From: Vicugna vicugna
Taxonomy: Eukaryota
Assembly (NCBI GenBank): GCA_013265495.1
Contig: MU058065.1
Coordinates: 3,015,003 to 3,079,002 of the forward strand
DNA length: 64,000 nt
Direction: 5' to 3'
The translations under genes and the position numbers were made by a program. Shown piece by piece: positions 55,699-64,000 of the stretch. A model generated the notes under the pieces. That model was not told the origin of the DNA, made no database searches, and saw only the letters and a program-made list of their open reading frames with translations. The first letter of the stretch is position 1. Every line of letters starts with the position of its first letter.

Positions 55699-56809
55699 CT
55701 AGGAAACCAGTCATAGGTACTTAATTACGTTGCCACATCTTAGAATGAGTATCGTTTTCATAAAGTAAATCTGAACTACTAAACCTGTTCATCTTTTCCT
55801 TTACAGCTTCTAGGTTTCCAATCTCCATCCCAGGGTTAAACTAATGGTATCCTATATTTTTCCTAGTATTGGTATAATCTTTATATTTGGACCTTTAATC
55901 AACAAGGAGTTTATTTTTCTCCATTGTGTGAAGGAGAATGCTAACTTTTTCTTTCAGATGAACTGTCTGAATCATTTATTAAATAAACCATCCTTTCTCA
56001 ATTAACCAAAATGTCATCTTCAGTAAGTTCTTATTCACACTTGCATCCATTTCCAGACCCTATTCTGTTTCTTGGATCCATCTGTCTACTGCTTTGCTAA
56101 TACCACACTACACTGAAGACAGCAGATTTACAGTAATCTTTCTTCAACTGTGAGCCATGGTCCAATCGTATCAGATTACCTTAGAATATTTAAAATGAAG
56201 ACTCCTCAGACATATCTCTCTTTTCCTTACCTTCCCAACACCTATAAACTGAAAACTCAGTTTTAAACAGCAATCGTGATTTCATGTGCACTAATGTCTG
56301 AGAACTACTGCTTTAAATATCTGGTAAGACCCTCACTAGTCATACTTTTCAAATTTTTCTTATTAATTCTTACAGAGTAATTCCATGTAAGTTTTAAAGA
56401 TTTAAAATTTCTCTATGAGGAAACAAAATTTTAAAAACCAAAAGGAAAACAAGATTTAGGGAGGAAAAAAATGACAAATATTCAGAGAATGCCTATAAAT
56501 TAAAAAAAAAATGCAAGCAACACAAAGGGAAACTGGGCAAAGAATATGTATAGAGAAGCCAAAAGAGGCAATGCAGATGGCTAATACATACAGACAATAT
56601 GTTCTCCTTAATTTGTAACCAAGATCAAAATGAAGCCATACTAATTTTCATCCAATAGTTTTACAAATATGTAAAAGACTACAATATCCAGACTGCAATG
56701 AAGTAATCTGGCAGTATTTAAAACACACACACACACACACACACACACATTCTTTGCAATCCCACATTCAAAACTCTAATCTACAGAAAAGCAAGTGCAC
56801 ACAACGATT

Positions 56810-57755
56810 CAATCATTCATTTGCCAAACATATATTGAATACAGACTCCATGCCCAGAACTCTTCCAGAAAATGCAATCACATTCATGAACAAAACATAG
56901 GAGGCAAGCAGACCATGCACAAACAACTAAATATCAAGAGGTAACAGGAGCTACTGAGACAAATAAAGCAGGTTAAAGGGAATGAATTTGGGGTAGGAGA
57001 AGGCTGTCGCTTTATAAAGCAGTAAGGAAAGGCATCTCAAATGTGATCAGCAGACAGTCACGTGGATATCTGGGAGAAGAGTACTCTAGCTGAGCCCAGG
57101 GAGGGAGGGGGACAGTGACAGGAGATGGGGTCAGAGAGGACAGTGAAAATGGGGCCAGATCCTGAAAGGCCTGGCAGACCACTGAGAGAACCATACTGAC
57201 ACGAATGAAACCATATGACCTCCCACAAAAAGGACGACTATGGCTGCTGCAGGAGCCTCACCAAGGACCAGATGTGAGATGACACCGGCTTAGACCAGAA
57301 TGAGGATGAGGAAGGCAGGGAGAAATGACCCAATTCTGACTCTATTTTGAAGGTACAGGGAGAGAGAAAAAGGTGTGACTCTAAGGTTTTTGGCTTGAGA
57401 CACTGAAAAATATTGAGGTGTCCTTTATTGAGAAAGGGGAGACCATAGGAGGAGCAGATTTTGAAAAAGAATCATTTCATTTTCTAATAGGTAACTTCGG
57501 GAGTTCTCAGCATATTCATGGTATTTCAGCCATGAGACTGGATGAGATGGTCTAGGGAATGAGAAGAGGTGCAAATGGCAGATCCTGGGGTCCGTCAGCA
57601 TTTAGAGGATTCAGAGATGTGTGGGACCAGCAAACAGAGCATGAGGAGGTTCAGTGTTGACAGAGGAAAACCAAGAAGGTGGAGTCAAGAAGGACTGACC
57701 AGCTTTACACACATCACCGTAAAGTCAACACAGACAAGGACAAAGATAAATGTAA
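56810..57755 (-). mobile_element. L2 fragment interrupted by an L1
   Basis: cattcatttgccaaacatatattgaatac...tattttgaaggtac...ctctaaggtttttggcttgag...agccatgagactggatgagat. Confidence 0.8.
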
Positions 57756-57759
57756 ACAG

Positions 57760-58520
57760 AAGCATCAATGAGATAAGACTTCACACCCATTAGGATGGTC
57801 ATTATCCAAAAACAAAACGAACAAAAACACCTAGAAAACCAGAAAATAGCAAGCATTGGTGAGGAGATGGAGGCTGAGAAACTGGAACCCTTATTCATTG
57901 CTGGTGGGAATGTAAAATGGCACAGCTGCTACTGAAAACACACTGGTGGCGCCTCAAAAAATTAAATGCAGAATTACAATATGATCCAGCAATTCCACTT
58001 CTGTGTAATTTCCAAAAGAATTGAAAGCATGGACTCAAACAGATATTTCTATACCAGAGTCCACAGCAGCATTATTCAAAACAGCCAAAAGACAGAAACA
58101 ATCCAAATATCCATTGACAGGTGAATGTATAAACAAAATGTGATAGCCACACAATGGAATGTTATTCAGCCTTGAAAAAGGAATGGAGTTCTGATACACA
58201 CTACATATATGAACCTTGAAGGCATTTCACTAAATGAAGTAAGGCAGACACAAAATATTTAATACCACTTACATGAGATATCTAAAATAGGCAAATTCAT
58301 GAAGACAGAAAGTATAATGGTAGCTGCCAGGGGCCTAGGGGATGGGGAATGGAAAGTTGTATTTAATGGGTACAGAGTTTGGAATGATGGGAAAGTTCTG
58401 GAGATGGCTGATAGTGATGGTTACACAAAAATGTGAATATATTTAATGCTAACGAACTACATGCTTAAAGATGATTAAAATAGTAAACTGTTGCATGTAT
58501 TTTACCATAATTTTTTTTAA
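57760..58520 (+). mobile_element. old L1 (L1MB-like) 3' end
   Basis: cttcacacccattaggatgg...cattgctggtgggaatgtaaaatgg...atgatccagcaattccacttctg...gtattttaccataat. Confidence 0.85.
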
Positions 58521-58761
58521 AAATTGGAGTATGAGATCATTTAAGGGCAGGAGGTCAAGGAACCGAAAGGCTGTGGTGTTGGAAAAATACTGAATCCACG
58601 AAGAATCATGATAGGGTAGTGGTAGAGTCATAGGAAGCCTGATGTTCCAGTACTTAAGGAATAAGGGGACAGGTGACTATAATAAAAAGGAATGGTAAGT
58701 AGTACAGTCTGAAGGCAAAGTTTAGAAGACACGGCAGTATTGTTTCAGGGGCAAAAGGCTG

Positions 58762-59086
58762 TGTTAAAGTAACCAAATTAATCCCAAAATGGAGTCTCTG
58801 ATGCTAAGTCCAACATCAGCAAAGCAAAACTTGGCTAAATTTCTATGCTCTGCAGTTCCAGACAAGGCAGGCCTAGGTCACCCAACCAGCAATGGCTGCT
58901 CAGCACAAGTCACCTGATCTGGCTCCAATACCACCACTTTGCTCCATACAAGGAAAGCAATCCAGCTTTAACCAATCAGCAAATGCCCAGTATAATGCCC
59001 TTGTCCCTGATCATTGAGATCTATAAAAATCTCTTGCTTTGTACAGCTCTTTGGAGCTCCCTTCTGTTTGCTAGACTGGATTCTAC
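58762..59086 (+). mobile_element. ERV1-like LTR fragment (U3 with CCAAT and TATA)
   Basis: tgttaaagtaa...aaaatggagtc start, aaccaatcagc (~58970) and ctataaaaa (59021); no clear TSD. Confidence 0.55.
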
Positions 59087-60349
59087 AACACCAAGACATG
59101 CATCAATACTATATAACTATTCATATCTGGAAAAAAATACAGCTTAACATTTTATCTCTAATGAGGTATAAGTAAGTGGATTGCACAGCAATAGATATCA
59201 AGGAATCCGTAGTAGCTAGCAGATCATGCCTAAAGACACAGCTAACAGATGATTTTAACTAACGTGTTTAACTCCAAAACCCACCTACATGCTTTAATTC
59301 CTCCATACTTTCTAAGTTCTAATACTGTACTAGTTTTTTTTTTTAATACTGTACTAGTTTTTAAAAGACAAAAAATAGATAAAGTCCTTCATTACCTTAG
59401 AGTCTACTTTCCACAAAGGTCACAATCATATACACTCTACAGAAACAAAAGTCCCCTGATAAATTATCCAAATTACTTGTTCTGAAATAAATAACTGAGG
59501 TCAAGGGCAGAGAGAAAAATTTTCCTTCCCAGAACTAGTCTCTAACGAGTTGTAATGGAAAACACAACCAGCAAATATGATTTGCTATCAGGAAAGTTTC
59601 TTCAGAGGTGGGCTCCTGGCTCTGATGAACATGTTTGCTTTTTGCTTCCCAATGCTAAATCCCTAATAAAGATATGAAAAATACATTATCTGATTCAGAA
59701 GAATGGCTTTGAAATATTCACTGACTATATTCCCTGCTGCCAAAAACAAAACCAAACAAACAAACCAAACCCAGACCCAACTGTAGGAAAGTTTTTTTTA
59801 ATTCTTACAACTATCAACATACAAGCTAACTTATTATGCTGACTCAGCACTGCACTGGTTATCACTCTTTCCTTATTGAAAGAAAAATAATTTTTCCTTT
59901 CTAAAACTCCAAATAGTAACACAATCTTTAACAACTTTAAAAATCTGAACTCTGACCCCACAGCTATTACTCTTCTATGAATGAAATTATAGACTGTGAC
60001 TAAAACTCGAGCTCATTAATCCATGTAAGTACTTTCTTAATACAACAAGTTAAAAAGGTCAAGAAATTCTGGATCAGAAAGTCATTATTAAAAGATTGAG
60101 TCATCTGGATTAAATGAACGTTCATTCACAACTAGGAAATCTGACAAAGAAGTCATAGTTTATTTAGTCTTTTTCTTTTTAAGAAACTATGGAGCTTATA
60201 TCTATTCTAACCTCAGAAAATAAAATTTTGGCCCTAAAGGCATATATTGGAAGAGAGAGAGGAAGAAAGGGAAGGAAAGAAAGGGGAAAGGGGAGAAAAA
60301 ATTCAAGTTTTCACCATAAATATATTTAAATTAAAAATTGAAAAGCAGT

Positions 60350-62255
60350 TTTTTTTAAATCCCATTTAAAATTGCATCAAAATAAATAAATAAATAAATA
60401 ACCTAAGAATAAACTTAACCAAAGAGGCAAAAGATCTATATGCTGAAAACTATAAAGCACTGTTAAAGGAACTCAAAGATGATTCAAGGAAATGGAAAGA
60501 TATTCAATGCTACTGGATTAGAAGAATAAATATTGTTAAAATGACCATACTACCCAAAGCAACCAACAGATTTAATGCAATTCCTATCAAAATACTCACG
60601 ACTAGAACAAATAATACTAAAATTTATATGGAACTACAAAAAACCCAGAATTGCCAAAGCAATCTTAAAGAAAAAAAATAAAGCTGGAGGCATAACCCTT
60701 TCAGACTTCAGGCAATACTGCAAAGCTACAGTAATCAAAACAGTGTGGTAGTGGCACAAAAACACACACATAGATCAGTGAAACAGAATGGAGAGCCCAG
60801 AAATAAACACACACACCTATGGTCAATTAATCTATGAAAGAGGAGGTAAGAAAATACAATGGAGAAAAGACAGTCTCTTCAGCAAGTGGTGTTGAAAAAA
60901 CTGGACAGCCACATGTAAATCACAGAAGGGAAGTTAGAACGCTCCCTCACACCATACACAAAAATAAACTCAAAATGGTTTAAAAAGCTAAAAACATGAC
61001 ACCAAAAAATTCTTGGAAGAGAATATAGGCAAAACATTCTTTAATATGAATTGTGGCAGTATTTTCTTAAATCTGTCTCCCAAGGCAAATGAAATAAAAG
61101 TAAAAATAAACAAATGGAACCTAATCAAACTTACAAGCTTCTGCACAGAATGGAAACCATAAAGAAAATGAAAAGAGAACCTAAGGAATGAGAGAAGATA
61201 TTTGCAAACAATGCCACTGACAAGCAATTAATTTCCAAAATACACAGACAGCTCATACAATTCAATAACAAGAAAACAAACAACCCAATCAAAAAATGGG
61301 CAAAAGACCTAAACAGATATTTCTCCAAAGACGACCTGCAGATGGCCAACAGGCACACGAAAAGATGCTCAATATCGTTAATTATTAGAGAAATCCAAAT
61401 CAAAACCACAATAAGGTGTCACCTCACACCTGTCAGAATGGCCATCATCAAAATATCTACAAACTATAAATGCTAGAGATGGTGTGAAGAAAAGGGAACC
61501 CTCCTACACTGTTGGTGGCAATGTAAATTGGTATAGCCATTATGGAAAACAGCATGGAAGTTCCTTAAAAGACTAAAAATAGAGCTGCCATACGATCCAG
61601 CAATCCCACTCCTGAGAATGTATCTAGAGAAGATCAAAACTCTAAATGAAAAAGATACATGCACCCCAATTTTCACAGCAGTATTACTTATAATAGTCAA
61701 GACATGGAAACAACCCAAGTGCCCATTAGGAGATTTAAGAAGAACAGGTTTAAGAAGATGTATCTGTGTGTGTGTCTTACACATGCGCACACGCACGCGG
61801 GAATATTACTCAGCCATAAAAAAGAATGAAATATTTCCATTTGCAGCACCATGGATGGACCTAAAAAATATCATACTAAGTGAAGTAAATCAGAGAGATT
61901 GACAAATATTATATATTACTTATATGTAGACTCTAACAAATAATACAAATGGATCTATATACAAAACAGAAACAGATTCACAGATATAGAAACCAAACTT
62001 ACAATTACCAAAAGGGGTGGGGGGGATAAATTAGGAGTATGGAATTAACAGATACAAACTACTATACACAAAACAGATGAGCAACAAGGATCTATTGTAT
62101 AGCACAGAGAACTACATTCAATATCTTATAATAACCTATAATGGAAAACAATCTGAAAATATATATAGATATATAACTGAATCACTTTGCTGTACATCTG
62201 AAACTAACAATATTATAAATCAACTATGCCTCAATAAAAATATTAAATAAAAAAT
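60350..62255 (+). mobile_element. 5'-truncated cetartiodactyl L1 (ORF2 3' half and 3' UTR), antisense to ACSL3
   Basis: Continuous L1 ORF2 similarity (aaatggaaagatattc, ctggacagccacatgtaa, gatccagcaatcccactcctg), family 3' UTR and A tail. Possible 15-bp TSD AAAAATTRAAAAGCA (60333-60347 / 62277-62291). Confidence 0.9.
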
Positions 62256-63538
62256 TAAACCTTTGGAAATATTTTGAAAAATTAAAAAGCAACTGAACAA
62301 AGACAACTTTACATAATCCTCAGTTATCCACTGTAAATTTTAAATTTTCAGTCCTTTTATTATAATAGTTGAAATAACATAGGACCTTTGGGCATTCTCC
62401 TTGAACCACAAATATAGTAACCTAACTTCCCTAACCTGATTGAGATATTTTTATTTTTAATCTACTACTTTATTCCATTTTCCTTTTCTAAATAAAATCC
62501 AAGCCAGATGTTCTTTCAAAAAAAAATGCTGGATCCTACCATAAATTCCAGTATGAAACAGAGAAATTAGACAAGGGAATTTACACTTTTTTCTGCTCAA
62601 CATAAAACAGGGATTTTAAATACATCCATGCACAAGAATACACACATACACACCTACACCAGTCTCAGCTCATTACTATGAGGCCTTGTTCCAAGTCACT
62701 AAAGCCTAATTTGTTCACCATTGATGTTGAGGAAATCCAACTAGAATTATTTCAAGACTATATTCTACTGATGACAAGGACTCCCAAACTGATTTAGAAG
62801 TACTGACAACCATTAAACCCTGAAAATTTAAATGACCTGAGCAACCCATTTCTGTCTTCTATGTAAGGTGTTTCCCTCCACCTTTTGGGAGTTAGGGGAG
62901 GAGTAGGAAAGAGGTTCCCTGCTTAAAAAAAAAAAAAAAAAGATAAAAACACTCAACAAGAAGACTTCTAAAAGTCCATTTAAAAAATTCCAACATTTTC
63001 CAATTAGATCACAGAGAGTCTCCATGCTGGGGAAAAGGAACAGGTGCAAGAAAGGGGTGGGGAAAGTCTTTACTTCTTTTCATTTTGAATCATGTGAATG
63101 TATTACCTTAACAACAACAGAAATACTTTTTAACACATTAGACAATGTGGGTGGTCTGTGAGACTGCAGTGTTTGACAGACTGATCCAACAAAGAGGAGA
63201 TGGGCTCAGATTTAGGTTAAGTTTCCTGAAAAAGTAAAGGAGAATTGCTCAAACCAACACACGCTCACACTCACGCTCTCGCTCTCGCTCGCTCTCTCTC
63301 ACACACACACACACACACACATACCAGTTGTAATGCATTGGCAAAATCTGGTTTCATACAATCATCCTGACCTCTCACACCTCTGTTCACTTGGCTAAAA
63401 GAACAAGTCAAGTACCCCAGAAAAGGAAACTGCCAGATGACGATGCTTCCTTAAGCAGATAAATGTATAAAGCCTAACGTCCGCACAAAAAAGCAGGAAG
63501 TGGACTTTTACCCATTGAAATGTCCCTTCATTCTTCCT

Positions 63539-63725
63539 TAGGGTTGCCAGATCTAACAAACAAAACTACACTACCCCCAGTTAAAGCTGAATTTCAGATG
63601 AACAACAAGTAAATTTCAGCATACATATGGTCATTCAATATATGGGACATAACAGTAAAACATTATTCAATGTTTATCTGAAATTCAGCTTTACTATGTT
63701 CCCCGTATTTTATACGGCAATCCTA
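63539..63725. mobile_element. MER53-like palindromic hAT MITE
   Basis: TIRs TAGGGTTGCC / GGCAATCCTA and internal inverted arms taaagctgaatttcagatgaaca / tgtttatctgaaattcagcttta. Confidence 0.75.
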
Positions 63726-64000
63726 CTTCCATCCCCAACTTACCACAAAGTGGGATAATTAATTAGAATGATCTGGGACTTCAGGATTTCCTGGACACAG
63801 AACTTTCAGTATTAAAACTAGGAAAGTTCCAGGCAAACCAGAACGATCTAGTCACTCTACAATTAATCATTTCAAGAAGTTAAGCAAATCAACTGTAGCC
63901 TGGGCTCCAGTTAAGTCTGATCTTTTTTTATAAAGTAACTTTTCTGTACCTTATATATCCCCATTTGCACAAAATTTCAAGTGTAGATAAGGTGAAATGC

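Overview
Mammalian genomic DNA, probably camelid (inferred from the cetartiodactyl-type L1 3' ends and the absence of recognisable pig PRE-1, ruminant Bov-A/BovB, CHR-2 or Alu SINEs). The window holds the complete coding region of ACSL3 (long-chain acyl-CoA synthetase 3) on the minus strand. I traced 14 coding exons by hand (50788 down to 27964). All introns are GT-AG and the phases are consistent; the exons sum to 2163 nt = 720 aa + stop, with intact AMP-binding, gate and linker motifs. A 3' UTR of up to ~3 kb with several poly(A) signals follows. The promoter and first non-coding exon(s) appear to lie beyond the right edge. The left ~24 kb is intergenic, with L1, L2, MIR, MaLR/ERV LTRs and DNA-transposon MITEs. 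I see no evidence of a novel multi-gene system. The most interesting non-obvious signals are: a decayed tandem C2H2 zinc-finger array (~23280-23780) convergent with the ACSL3 3' end; many substitutions at normally conserved ACSL3 residues; a sense-oriented solo LTR beside a candidate 5' UTR exon; a young sense-oriented intronic L1 tail with a perfect 17-bp TSD and AATAAA; a poly(A)-only retrotransposition scar; and two strong CTCF-type motifs. Repeat family names come from recognition of consensus features, not from a database search, and repeat boundaries without a TSD are approximate.
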